From: Minutocellus sp. GHC0000111
Lineage: Eukaryota
Assembly: GCA_977018835.1 (NCBI GenBank)
Contig: OZ361256.1
Location: forward strand, 434,001 to 498,000
Reading direction: 5' to 3'
DNA length: 64,000 nt
In this document: piece by piece, positions 44,852-58,300 of the stretch
How positions within the stretch are numbered: position 1 is the stretch's first letter
Layout: each line of letters starts with the position of its first letter
Position numbers and translations under genes: made by a program
Notes under the pieces: model-generated
Told to the model about the DNA's origin: nothing
The model's input: the letters and a program-made list of their open reading frames with translations, nothing else
Databases searched by the model: none

Positions 44852-46851
44852 ATGAACAGTAGTGGCAAGCAAACAATTCCAAAAGTCGTCAATTATGGCG
44901 CTACCGACGACGATGATGACGAACCATCCTTCGCTGATGGCGGCAAATCTCGTCGCAGATCCACAATGTCCAACATTCGGCAGTCCATGGTCAACATTGC
45001 CGAACAGACTCGAGAGGCCCTCCATTCTCACACCATGAGTTCCCTGGCACTTTGCAGTTCCGTACTCTCCATGATGTACCTGCTCATGAGCGCGTTTCCC
45101 TATTCGGGATTCATGGCGATGCAGCTGATTCCAGGTCTTACGCATGAATCAGCCGGTACATACGCCGGCATCCTATCTGGTTCCTTCATGATCGGCCGTC
45201 TCTTCTCCGCCTACCCGTGGGGAGTAATTTGTGATCGGTACGGACGCAAGTTTGTTCTCCTCTTCTCAACGGCAAGTAGCGCCATCCTAATGGTCGCCTT
45301 CGGCTTTTCCTATTCGTTTCCATACGCTGTCTGCGTCCGATTCTTCACAGGCATGTGCAATGGCACCATGATTGCAGCCAGGGTCAGTGTGGTGAGTGAA
45401 AGATGTAGCCGCTGTTTCTATGTTCGGCTATATTGCAACGTGGCTTTACATATGTGCTCGGCTACATGACTGCATACTTCTATCTCATCTTTGTGGCTTT
45501 TCATCCCAATCATTGATTTGTTATTGCGGTAGACGGAATTGGCAAAGGGCAACCATGACCTCGAAGCACGTGGAATGGGATTGGTAATGAGCATGGTAGG
45601 GTTTGGTATGCTGATAGGTCCGGCGATCGGTGGTGTGCTGAGTGAGCCTGTTACTCAGCATCCAGATGTTGACTTTGGTGCCTTTGAGGGCGTGCTTCTT
45701 AAATTCCCATTCTTGTTACCAAACTTAATTGGAGCTCTATTGAGCGCCTTGGCGACAATGCAAATCATATTCTCAGTGGAAGAGACCTTGCCAGAAGACA
45801 AGTTACGCAGCCCAAAGCATTTTGTTCCAGATGCCATGCGATGGCTTGGAGGCCTTCCATCCAAGGCGTGGAAAAGTTTGACATCAGGGCGGAATTCTGA
45901 GAATGAAAGCGGTGGCGAGTATGATGCAGTTGATACTACTGATGATGAAGACAGCGAAAGTGCAAGTATTGCAGAAGATTTGAAAATCATCGAAAGTCAT
46001 CACTTTGGAGAAGTGGGCGATGCGGTGGCCATGTCCACCCGATCATCCAGAGCTTCGTTCAGTGCTGCGCTCCATCGGCCTTCGAGAGCACGATCATCCC
46101 TGCTCAGCACGCTTGCTACCTTGGAAGAAGGCGCGAAAAAGTCCTTCCGAGACAGTGTCAAAAGCAGCAAACCCATGCATCAGCAAATATCTCTTCGCTC
46201 ATGGCCAATGAGAGAGTACGCGAGTGCTTTACATCGTATTGGTGCATGACTTTTGCCAGTACAGCTGCAGGGGAAGTCTTCCCTCTCTTCGCGATGGCAA
46301 GAAGTCCTGGTGGTCTAGGAGTGGAGGAAACAGCCATCGGTGTCATAGGCGCTGGTTCTGGCCTTCTCTTTTGCGTTTGTCAGTACTTTATATTTGCTGC
46401 CTCCATGAAACGACTTGGTTTGCACAAAACCATGGTGTACTCGGGCTTTCTATCTGTCACCCCTGCAATTTTTATTCCTCTGTCGCTGCTCTTCAATACG
46501 AAGGCCGGCGTTATGACGTACCTATCGATATTGAATGGAATCATGCTAATCTTCTTCTCGAACTGGAATGCAGCTTTAACAATTACACAGAATAGGGCCG
46601 TAGATCCTTCAGAAAGAGCAAAGCTTAACGGCTTAGCGGCTGTGGGAGCAAGTGTTGGTAGAGGCGGAGGGCCATTGTTTGCAGGTATTCTCGTGACACT
46701 TTCGTATACGAGCGGAATTGTTCCTACGGCTTTCGGGTCCATTCTAATTTACTTCGTGATTTCAGCAATGGGCTTTGGCGCCTTCGTTCTCACATCCAAG
46801 CTTGAGGACGATGAGGTCATAACGGAAGATGGTAGTGCTCAGGAAAAGTAA
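44852..46851 (+). CDS. MFS transporter (ZIF1/ZIFL-like); intron ~45383-45532, indel near 46175
   Basis: WGVICDRYGRKFVLL, RFFTGMCNG, GPAIGGVLSEP, FPFLLPNL, GGLG, GPLFAG. Confidence 0.88.
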
Positions 46852-48309
46852 TTAAGAACTCCATTTTTGTCCACCTTCAAGCTGATACAACCCTGCAGGA
46901 TTTCCCTCTTGGACGGGCCTTGCCCATTTCAATTTTACCCCACGTTCAAAAGCCTTCATTTCCGCAGTTCTACGCAAATGTAGACTATGCTGGTAGCTTC
47001 CAGGCTCTGCTGTTGCATCTCCTTGGTCCTTATGGACTGACACGATCTCGGCAAATGTAGATTTGTCATTCTCATCATTATTATTTGTCACGCGAAATGC
47101 GACTCGTAGGGCACAGAAAGTGATATCAAATGTTGTTGAATTTGCATTTCCCCGACCTTCATGAATCGAACGAGGATCCTGGCTAACAATCTCTGCAATT
47201 GCTTGAATTACCTCATCGTCAGTGTTCGACTCTTGAGATCGTTTTCTAGCTCTTTTCGACAGAGGAGGATAAAGTGGCATCAATTCTCCATCTTGTCGAG
47301 CGTCCAGGGCAGCTATCTTGGCATCAGGCGACCACAGAACTTCTGATAGCTGGTCATCTTTCTCAACCCACGCAGGCACATGCAGTGTTTCTCCGATAGC
47401 ATCCCACGGAACATACGGCTTGAGGTCGTAAACAGGAGTTTGGTCGACGAGATCAAGTCCCAAGAGGCGAATAACAACCCGCCTTCGTTTCTTGCCGCTG
47501 CCACTTTCATATGGTTCTGTTCTAATATCCTCGATGCAAGCAAGAGATAAACCAATCTCGTTTGGTCTGTGTGGTGATCGCGTTGCAAGACAGCCTGTCT
47601 TTGTACCACCGGCACGCGGCGGCCGGATTTTTGTTGGGAATGCCGGTCGATGAGAGCTGCAGATGCAATCCCGACCACACTGAGGACAGCCCGTCGAGTC
47701 GCTGCCATTCACATCGCCAACACTCGATTGGGTCAGTGCCCGTCGAGCCCTTGCGTCTTTTCCTTCGCCAATGGGATTCAAATGGAAGCGCTGTTTCGTA
47801 AAGAAGGAATTCAAGAATTCAACGAATCAAATTAGAATCAAAGGTAACCACGACATAATCCAATGCGCCCCAGCTCTAGCCGTATATAATTTACTCACGA
47901 AAACGACCCAAACATGACTGTACTCCTTCAATCCATCAACAACGTCGAAGGGCATGCCCTCTTCCAGTATGAGGAGAGATCGAGCATGTGGGGCAAGCAG
48001 GCCCTGTCGAGGAGTTCCCGCTCTCTGCGGAAAAGGACTTCTGATTGTACCAATGGGATGTATCAATACCGGCTCAGATCGGTTTGTGGGCCTTTCTCTC
48101 TTCGGTGCGCTGCTGTTCTCGATAATATTTCTTTTGCCAGCATTGTCGCTACTAGTACATGTAATTTGCTCATTCTTGTGACGGCGAAGGAGATCAAGCT
48201 CCCGGCGAAGATGCCAGGCATATCCCAGCGAAATCAATGCACCAGCAAATGCGACTACTGCGGCACCGACGAGCGGCGTCCCATTCTTGCTGTCCATTGG
48301 AGATATCAC
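46852..48309 (-). CDS. trmO: tRNA m6t6A37 methyltransferase TrmO/TsaA-like (intron ~47800-47897)
   Basis: IGTIRSPFPQRAGTPRQG, GLKEYSHVWVVF, ATRSPHRPNEIGLS, GLDLVDQTPVYDLKPY. Confidence 0.9.
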
Positions 48310-48696
48310 CTAATCCAATTGGTATGGGGTTCTCGCGCCCATCCGGCCTCCTGCAGTCCTGCAGCCATCCATTTTCCTGCCCAGCTACCGTGTCATTGGT
48401 ACTTGTGCGTAACGGTAACGCTCCACTCGCAAAACTGGCGTTTGGCGTACCCGCCACTGCCGAGATCATTCGCGTCTGGTCTCCCTTTTAGCTTTCAGCT
48501 CGAGGCAAGAGTATCCCCTGTTGCGTTTTAACTTGCTTTGATTGGCGCACTGGATTGTCTCTTTTTGCGGACATATTCTTGTGCTGGATCCATAAGATTG
48601 TAGCACGGAACTTCGAACCGAAAGACATTAATATAGAAGACCTGCTCTTCTGGCCTCTCAACAGTCCCGCCGATCAACTCCAACAACGAATCAACA

Positions 48697-51106
48697 ATGC
48701 GACGCCCCAATAATACATCTACAGCGCTACTCCTGGCGCTTGCGTTGTCCCCCTCTTTATGCAACCTGGCATCGGCGCAGGCACAGCCCACCGGAGGAAC
48801 TGATCTGGGTGGCGGCATCGTAACGCAGACGAACGTGGAGCACTTTGCCAAGATCTCGCTCGATGCCGAGGAGATGTTCACCCTCACCCAGTCCAATTCG
48901 TACAACGATGCATCCAACATATACCTGGCCGGCAAAAACTCCATCCAGTACGACCGGAATGGCAATGCTCTTCCCACCAAACGCAGCCTTTCGTCGCTGT
49001 CCACCGGCGCTTCCGACGGCAAGTTCGATGGGGAGGTCCCGTTTGTCTTTCAGATGTATGGGCTGGCGGGCGGTGCTGGCCACACATATGAGACCTATGA
49101 AAGCTTCGCTACGTATGCCGATGCTTTTGTCAACGATTCCCTCAAGGAACAGAAGGGTGCGCTGGGACCAGAAGCGGCGGTCGCACTCAACGTTTGGATG
49201 TATGCCGCTCACGTTCTCACCATTGCCGTGGAAGATTGCGCATTGGAATCGTCCGGGGTCAATCTGGACATTATTGGGCGCGACGAAGCCCTCGGTGGCA
49301 GCGAGGATGCGCTTGACATTTTCATAGCATTTTGGATTGGATACAACCAAGCTCCTGGAAGTGACGATGGAAGCTCTCCTTATGCCATGGCCGAGCGTGC
49401 CGCTACCCTCTTCGGCACTTCCGGTCCTAATGGCGAAGCCAAGGCCAATGTTGCAATCAAAGCACTCTTTAATAAAGCGCAGCAAATCCTGTCCTTCCCT
49501 AATGCCTGCCGTCCTGGATCTGATACCGTTGGTCAGCTTTGGGGCATCCTCCATCGCACCGTCAGTCAGATGCAGGTCCCTCTTGTTCAGCAGCTGATTG
49601 ATGCTCTGGTCCGCGAGGACCAAGACCGCATCAGCCTGTATGCCAAGGCCGTCGTCCCACAAATGTCCAGTTGCGCTGCATCAACGTATCGTCGTCTGAA
49701 GGAGAACTTGCTAGATCGTACCTATGATCCCACCAAGTTTGTAGATGTTCTTGGAGACTTACAATCAAGCTATGACTGCCTCGGCTTTAGTTGTGACGAC
49801 ATCGGCGCCTACAAGACGGACCGAGTGGCGCAGTGTGCTGAGTTGCCAATCAATTTCCCTATGGCTGAATACAGTCCAACTAGTCATGTTCATTTGGTGA
49901 GTTGCTGAAGAATTCAAGAGCTTTATGAAATGTGTTGCTGTGCATTTTAGAATTACAAATTTCTCACTTTTATTTCCACCACGACCTCTTCATGGTTTGT
50001 TTTGGCTTTGGCTTCAGCATTCAAAAATCGATCTGGATGTTAATGCAATCAAGGCTTTGTTGAGTTTCGACAGTGACGAATCCTGGGCCGCAGCGAAGGA
50101 TATTTACATGTATGGCAAAAATTCGGAAATCTACCGTAAATCTCCTGAAAGCGATCCGTACACGGTCCGTTCCCTGCAAAGTCTGGCAACGTCAGCTCTC
50201 CGAAAGAAATCCCCTTGGTACAAACTGTTTGAAGAATATCACCAAGATCCCAACTATGCTGATAAGATTATCATGGATGTCTTTGAGGGACGAGGGAAAT
50301 GGGGCAATGCCGCCCGAGAACAGAGAGCAGAGATGCTAACAAAGACCATCCAATACCAGGTTCTTTACATGTACCTGCTCGCCGAGGCAGCTGATGCTGA
50401 AGCCGATTGCCGATCCGGAGACAAGAATGATAATATCGGTGGAGCACATTCCTGGGACGAGGTCGCTGCTTTCTACATTGGCTCTCTTGAGGGCACTACT
50501 CGAGGCGGATCAAATGACTTTTCCGATGGACAGCTTCAATGGAATCTCGCCAACAAGCGCTCGACTCAGTTCAACACCCAAGTTCCTGACGGATATGCGT
50601 TGGTCAATTCGGAGATTGAAGATGATCTCTATGCCGGTAAGGGCGAGTTGGATGCCTACGCCTGTGATAGCCTGTCCAAGACGATCAAACGTATTGAACG
50701 CAATTCGATCGTGCCCATGATTCAAAGCGTTATTCGATACGCCCTCAAGGTGGAGGATTTATCGTACAGCTCAAGCAGCAAGGATATTGCCGAGGCAGAA
50801 GCTTTTGCAATGGCAATACTGCCCATTGTAAAATCGGTGGATATGCCCGGCGCAATAGTTTTGGAGAACAACATGATCATTCAGGAAGGAGTCCAACCAG
50901 TATCCGAAGGAGCGCAACGAGTCGCAGACGCCTTTTACAAGACCATGGTAGAATTTGAGCTGGAATGTGAACTTGTGGGCCAGGCCGATGGCGTAGGAGC
51001 CTGTGAAATGTTTAGAAAGATGTCCAGTCCGGCCAGCTCCATGTGGTCGTCAGCAGCACCCTTGCTTTCCATTATGCTTGCTGGAGCCCTATCTGCGCTG
51101 CTCTGA
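48697..51106 (+). CDS. Secreted protein with two FEA (low-iron-inducible periplasmic protein)-like domains and hydrophobic C-terminus; intron ~49897-50017
   Basis: Signal peptide; repeated blocks HFAKISLD/HSKIDLD, IYLAGKNS/IYMYGKNS, ALDIFIAFWIG/SWDEVAAFYIGSLEG, VPLVQ/VPMIQSVIRYA. Confidence 0.8.
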
Positions 51107-51255
51107 TGATGCTTTCTTACATGTAAAAGGCATGCATTTTTATGATCTTCTAGCTACCGGTAGATCTACCAGTAGGATTCCGACTACACTGTAGCTAGAT
51201 GATACATAGATCTACCTTGTCTATTGGTGTGATAAAATAGTAGACATGTATGGTA

Positions 51256-51692
51256 CCCTGATTATCATAGAAAACCTATGACCGTTTTGAAAACCTATGC
51301 CCTCATTTTGAGCCAGTTAAAAACATATGCTCTCATTTTGGGGGAAACCTAAACCTATGCCCCATGCAATTGGTGCAGTTGTCTGTTCTCTACGATGAAG
51401 AGTTTGTTGAGTCAGCATGTAGACGGAAAGCGTGGATTCATACATGTAGAAGATCTTAACTGTGAGGAATGCGAAGGAAAAGATCTCGAGGAAGAGAGGG
51501 AAGATGAGTAGTCTAGGTGTATTGCAAGATTGATTGGCATCAGTGCTGGTGCCGGTAAGGTAGTAAAAACCTGTGCCGAATAGAAAATCTATGCCAATTA
51601 GAAAACCTATGCCTTCATTTTAGCCTTAGGGCAAAACCTATGCCTTCGTCAGACCTCAAATCTATGGCATAGGTTTTCTATGATAATCAGGG
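51256..51692. mobile_element. MITE with perfect 25-bp TIRs and TA duplication (Tc1/mariner-type), 437 bp
   Basis: CCCTGATTATCATAGAAAACCTATG ... CATAGGTTTTCTATGATAATCAGGG; TA at 51254-55 and 51693-94; subterminal AAAACCTATGC repeats. Confidence 0.9.
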
Positions 51693-52381
51693 TACTGGTA
51701 GGGGTTTGTACTGGTGCAGACTTGAATCATCGAATCGAATGATGAATCATCGAATCGAATGAATCGGCCAGCACTAACAGAGAGACGACTCTACGTCCAG
51801 GTCAACTTTTTTCTTGTACCAGGAGGGGATCAAAAAACTCATTTCCCGGGGGAAAACCCCCTGTTGACAGCATCGCGCGGAGGAGACGACTGAACCAACA
51901 CAACAGCGGCACTCGCTCGCTACCATCCCCAAAGGAGACGACATAGAGTCGACTCTTTTGCAACTGGGCGTGGCGCCGAAGGCGCCGGTAGCAGGCGGCG
52001 GACGATCAGCGTGGCACCGCGGTCGGTGCCGCAGCTCAGAGGGCTTCCGCCCCTCCACGTCGAATATTGTTACGGTCCCGGTGCTGTCTGCTGACGGAGA
52101 ATGCCGGCATCCTGGCTATTCCTGATTGGTTTGGTGCTATTTGATCGGCTTCGCTGTTGGCTCGCTTTTTGGTGCCCGCCGCTATCGTTGAACTGCTGCA
52201 GGCTGATCAACCCTGTCGAGGGGGGCTCCCGATATTGGCTGCCGACAACATCTACGCATAGATCTAGCTACCAGGTACATGTACGTAGATCTAGGTACCA
52301 GCGGTATACAAAAACATGCTTTGCCATGGTTGTGGCATTGGTGTGTACATGTGTGGGTTAATTGCTTTTATTTTTATGTGT

Positions 52382-54987
52382 TTACGTGCTGCTGCTGTTG
52401 AGAATGGTCTTGCCTCCGCAGCTAGGATTGTCTTTGAGGTATTTCTCGTAAGCACGAATTCTGCCCCCCAATCCAGTATACTTGGCACTGCCCTTTGTTT
52501 TGGGTTCCATGCCTGCACTTTTTTCATATTCAATCATTTCTGATAGGCATCTCTTCTGAATTGCATCTGCTGCTATCATCAACTCTTCTTTCTTGATCAT
52601 GTCTGTACCAACCGGAGGACGGTAGATAATGTTCTTTTCCTCTTCAGTCCAAACCTTTTTCACTAGGCGAAGGCAGTTATTCATCAACTTGCCATTTTTG
52701 GATACATCGATGAACGGAACGGTCGGTCCTTTGCGTGCGCAGAACATTGATATGTCTTGGACGTTTTGGAGCAAGCCTCGTTTACTCATTTCCTGGAGAG
52801 CATAGGATATGGTAATGTTGGCATCGCTGGATCTGGTGTCAGTGGCTGTGCGGTCCGTCCATCGCAAGGACAAATTTAGGGATCCAGTGGCAGCGGTAGC
52901 AGTGGCAGCAGCGGCGGCAGCAGAGAGATGGGCAGTTGTTGTGCCACGTGTAGGAGCAGTGCTGGTGGTGCTGGTGCCGGTACTAGGAGAAGTGGTGCGT
53001 GCTGGGGCTGAGGGAGGCCGATCCGCACTTGAAGACTCTCTAGTGGGGGCGGTAACATTGTTTGGAGGCGGCAAGGAAAGTCGACGTCGTTTGTTTGCGT
53101 CTACCTGTGGCCCCGGTGGGATAGACGGAGGTGGTGCCGGCAAATCGATACCTTGGCTCCGAAGTAGCGCCTCCAGCATGGCTCGCTGGTGCTGTATTTG
53201 GGCGTCACGGTGGGCATCGGCTTCGTCACGGCAACGGTGCTCACGTCGAAGACGATCTACCTCCTCAGAGAGAAGATTATTCTTCGCCTCCGACTCCCGT
53301 CTTGCAATCCGATCCTGCATCAGCATTCTCTCCAGGCCAGTTTGCTTCTTCAGGAGAGTCTCGATGTCTGCCTTCTCTTGTCCATTCCTTGGCGAAGGTG
53401 GATAGTTCTTACTGATAAAGTCGTCTTTTATTGCTTTAGACCACAACTGTAAAGTAGAAATAAACGAACATACATGTACTTGTGAGATTGTTTCGACCGC
53501 CGTATAAAACACATGTGCAGTAGCAGATGCACAATACAACACATACGCACCAGAAGACCTTCATCTCCAACACCAACATCTTTAGCTGCATTGCGCAACG
53601 TCTCCACCACCAGATTTCCGTTTGGATATCTTTTCGATACTTCTGGGTGATACATAATTAAAGATGCCACCATCGTCTTCGTCATTGACTCCAACCTCCC
53701 TCCAGGCTTGAGTTCCGGCACAGACACAACAAATAATTTCTCTGCAAATTTCGCAACAGTGTCGGCATCGACCTGCAGAGCAAGAAGTGCATTTAGGCTT
53801 GGCGGGTACACTCGCTCTTGGGTGTTTGGCCAATTGGCAAGGGCCCTAGCAGGAGGAAGGATCAAGGCCGGTAGATCCATGGTGTATTTTTCACTGTTGT
53901 CTGCCCGCGCGAAGCCACCGAGTGACCGTTGCATGTCTTCGTGGATGTTCAAGTGGGCAGCTAGAAAGGAATTGAATCCACGCCGTATGCCTCTTGACGA
54001 GGTAAGATCCTTAAGCTTCTCATCGGTCAGCTTCTTCATGAGGGTAGTAATCTTGCTCGCAACAGAATCGGCCCCTACGTCTACAAACTGTCTGAACATG
54101 TAAGCATTCTTCACATCCGTCGGATCGCTCCGGTAGAATCCGCCTTCAATGCCGTAGCACCCCATGGCATGGTAGAAGTCAAATGCCCAGCTATCGTGAT
54201 CGCTGACAAAAGGCACATCCTTCTGATTCAACACCTTGATCTGTGTCCACAGACCCATGGCACACTGATAAAAATCATCCCACCAGACAGTATTCCATTT
54301 GAGGAACTTTGCCTCACTACCACGGGCACCAGCGAGGTAGAGCGCAATCAGGACGGCCCGATACTCACATGGCGCTTCAATGCCCAAAGGAAAAGCAAGA
54401 AGCTGCTCACACATGTTCTCAAGGTCCCTCCCCTTGCAATTCGCCCACACTCCTTCCCAATCTCCTGTCTCCAGACGCTGCCGAAGGCAACAGAGGTCTT
54501 GTTCGAGGCGCCGAACCATGGGGCGGACCTTAATGCTCGTCGTGTCGTCATCAGACCGATGAAGCCGCCGAATAACACCAGTACTGGTTGACTGTCTGAG
54601 GATATTGTACCATTGGCCTGCTTCGTCGTGGTCTTTCCAAATCGGAAGGTCCGGGAACGAATCCCTCATTACCTCCTTCACCTGCCCGAAGTATTGCATC
54701 AGAGAAGAGCTGCCGAGATCCTTGTCCGTGTTACCTCTCTGCTTGATGTCCTCGTTGACGATCCATATACTGAATCCCAAAAGTTCTCGCTTGATAAAAT
54801 CGCCAATCTGTTCTTTGCCATCAGAGAGACTGCGATAGGTGTCATACTCCGCCTTCAACGACGCCCAACTTTCGTCGATGTGTGACTTCCACTTATCATA
54901 AATGGCAAGAGCGCTGGTCCTGCCGCTGACGGTGCTCGCAGCAAGGCCAAGCCCTCGAGACGCGGACGTAACGCTCGCGCCGCTCAT
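52382..54987 (-). mobile_element. Crypton-like tyrosine recombinase gene (833 aa after splicing intron 53550-53447)
   Basis: YR pattern: AGARGSEAKFLKW (R), TQIKV (K), TSSRGIRRG (HxxR position), SLGGFARADNSEKY (Y). The phase-0 GT-AG intron joins a coiled-coil/low-complexity C-terminal exon. Confidence 0.75.
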
Positions 54988-55306
54988 GGTTGTATATCGC
55001 TGCTAAATGGGGCCCGACGAACAAAATGGCAATGCTCTATCGAACGAACGACGGAAAGACGAAATACTCATTTTTTCGTTCGAAGCTCTGCCCCGCTCAA
55101 GCTCTCTCCCGCAAACCGCCGCGTGGCATCAACCACCAGCACAAAGACCAAGTCATCAATTCCATCGATATCGGCGCATCGTATTGCGCAAAAGGGGAAA
55201 AGGTGGGAGCTCTTTCTCCGCCCTTCGGCCAAGGATCCGCTCTCGAAGTAAGTGCGACCAGGTGCAACGAGACCTCATTCTTGCTCAGCCCATTCCAAAT
55301 CCCAAC

Positions 55307-58300
55307 ATGGCGGCTGCATCCTCCAAGGCCGAGGACAAGGAGGACTCCTCATCCCCCAAGAAGCAGGCAAAGGAGACGACCAAAACAAAGATCAAATCGT
55401 CGTCGTCCTCCTCCTCGTCTTCCACCAAATCATCATCGTCGGATGGATTCCTCGAGTCCTACTTCGGTACCACCACCCTCCGCTTCGTCTACGCCAGCCT
55501 TTGGTCCATCGTCTCCCTCCAGATCTTCCTCAAAGTCGTCCACGAGGCCTACGACATCCGCCTCCACGCCATCAAGGAGTACGGGATGATCATCCACGAG
55601 TTCGACCCGTGGTTCAACTACCGCGCGACGGAGTACCTGTACGAGCACGGGTGGTATGCCTTCAAGACTTGGTTCGATTACAAGGTCTGGTATCCCCTCG
55701 GCCGGCCCGTCGGCACGACCATCTACCCCGGCATGCAGGTGAGCAGCGTCCTCATCAAGAAGGTGCTGGGTGATCGCATGTCCCTGAATGATGTTTGCTG
55801 CCTCGTCCCCGCCTGGTTCGGTGCCGTTGCCACAATATTCACCGGACTCATGGCCTACGAGGCATGCGTGGGAATCAAGCAGCAGCCCCGGCAGCAGCAA
55901 CAAAAGGGAGCTAAGGGACAGACTGCCAGCATAAAGCCCAAGCCATCCGATCCAGAGGTATTTAGTTCCATCCTGGCCACCGTCCCCGTCGTCAATATCT
56001 TGCACCGTCGTCTCGTCCTGCCGATTGCCGAACTGCTCGTACGGGTCATCACGTCCATGTTTGGTTCCGACCTGGGCCTGGTCGACGTCCCCCCACCCGG
56101 CACTCCTCCCACCCTGTCGTCTCCGTCGATCGAATCCTTCCTCTCGGCGGCGGCCATCATGGCCGTCGTACCGGCCCATCTCATGCGGTCCGTCGGGGGC
56201 GGGTACGACAACGAATCCGTCGCCATGACGTCCATGACCATGACGTTCTATCTGTGGATGAGGGCCCTGCGCGGCGGCAGGGACAATTCCCGCAGCGGGC
56301 TGATCTGGGGCATCCTCGCCGGTCTGGCCTACTTTTACATGGTCGCTGTTTGGGGCGGGTACATCTTTGTGATCAACATCATTGGCGTCCACGCCGGCGT
56401 TTTGGTCCTGCTGGGCAGGTACTCCACCAAGCTCCATCGGGCCTACACGGCATTTTACATCGTCGGTACGACTCTTGCCATCCAGGTCCCCGTGGTGGGA
56501 TGGACGCCGATCCGATCTTTGGAGCAGTTGGGGCCGATGGCGGTGTTTGTTGGCTTTCAGATGATTGAATACTGCGAAGTGATGAAGCGGAAGAACAATC
56601 TCAGTCGCAAGGACACATGGATCCTCCGCATCAAGGTGTTTGGCGCAGCTCTGTTGGTGGCCGTTGCCGTCGTGGCGGCGTTGGTTCCCACCGGGTACTT
56701 TGGTCCCATCAGTGCACGTGTCCGTGGATTGTTCGTCAAGCATACCAAGACGGGCAACCCCCTCGTGGACTCCGTGGCGGAACACCAGCCGGCATCGGCC
56801 GAGGCATACTTTCAGTACCTGCACGATGTGTGCTACATTGCCCCGATTGGATTTGTCATTGTCGCTCTCTTTTACTTCCATGATAGCAGTTCCTTCCTCT
56901 TGGTGTATGGCGTCGCGGCATATTTCTTCAGTCATCGGATGGTTCGTCTCATTCTTCTCACGGCGCCCATTGCCTCGGCTCTTGGTGGTATTGCCATGGG
57001 CAGCATCATTGGTTGGTGCCTTCGTGGCATCTCTCCGTACAGACCAAGCGTGTCGGATTTGTTCAAGGTTTTCTGGTCGGACGAGGAACCTGCTGCTGAT
57101 TCGAAGGACAAGACGAACACGTCCAGAAAGGGCGGCGACAAGGAGTCCTCCTCTTCGTCCCAGGACGGTCGAAGCTCCATGGTGCAGATTTCTCGCCTGG
57201 TTGTTGGCTACATGCTTTTGAACACGGCCCTTCCTTTCGGCGAAGAGTTTTATCACCGGTGCAGAGAAATGGCCAAACACATGTCGCACCCGACCATTGT
57301 CTACAAGGCCAATGGTCACATGGGAGAGGAAGTTTTGGTGGACGATTACCGCGAGGCGTACTGGTGGTGCCGAGACAACACGCCGGAGGATGCTCGCATC
57401 ATGGCTTGGTGGGACTATGGCTACCAAATCACTGGTATCGGCAACCGAACGACAATTGCGGATGGCAACACGTGGAACCACGAGCACATTGCTCTTCTTG
57501 GTAAGACCTTGACCAGCTCCGAGAAGGAGGGGCACCGCATTGCTCGTCATCTTGCCGATTACGTCTTGGTATGGGCTGGTGGAGGAGGCGACGACTTGGC
57601 CAAGAGTCCGCACTTGGCACGCATTGCCAACAGTGTCTACCGTGATCATTGTCCGAACGACCCCACCTGCCGAACCTTTGGCTTCTCCAACCAGGGCATG
57701 CCCACTCCTAAAATGGCCGGATCTCTCCTTTACAAGCTCCACAGCCACGATCTGGTCCCGGGTGTTCAGGTCGACAAGAATCGTTTCAAGGAAGTCTTCA
57801 AGAGCAAATATGGCAAGGTTCGCATCTTCAAGGTGTTGAGCGTGGCCAAGGATAGCAAGGAATGGGTCGCCGACCCGAAGAATCGCATCTGCGACGCTCC
57901 GGGAAGCTGGTTCTGCCGTGGCCAGTATCCACCGGCATTGAAGAAGGTTCTGGACCAGAAGCGAGACTTTGGTCAGCTCGAGGATTTCAACAAAAAGCAG
58001 GTCGACGAGGAATACCAAAAGCAGTACATGGAGCATTTGAACGATCCCAGCATAGCCAAGAAGGTGGCTAATCAGGGCGCGTCGTCCTTTGTTCGACCGC
58101 CGCAGGAGGAGGTTGACGAGCTTCAGAAGCGCGAAAACTGGCAAGATACTCCGTACACCAGCATTTTGTGGACCCTCATCAATGATAACAACATCCCCGA
58201 GCTGAAGGAATACCTCATTGCCAACCCACTCGTTGCGCACATGCGAAGTGCCGATGGCCGTGGGCCAATGTTTTGGGCACACGAGTATGGTCGGGAGAAG

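Noticed and set aside
51256..51692. Spaced AAAACCTATGC repeats as a CRISPR-like array
   Set aside because: Short, irregularly spaced and enclosed by TIRs with a TA duplication; these are MITE subterminal repeats in a eukaryote.
55433..58282. 949-aa minus-strand ORF, and similar long antisense ORFs at 16239-17585, 42976-43785 and 48757-49662
   Set aside because: Antisense shadows of real genes caused by codon bias; no recognisable domains.
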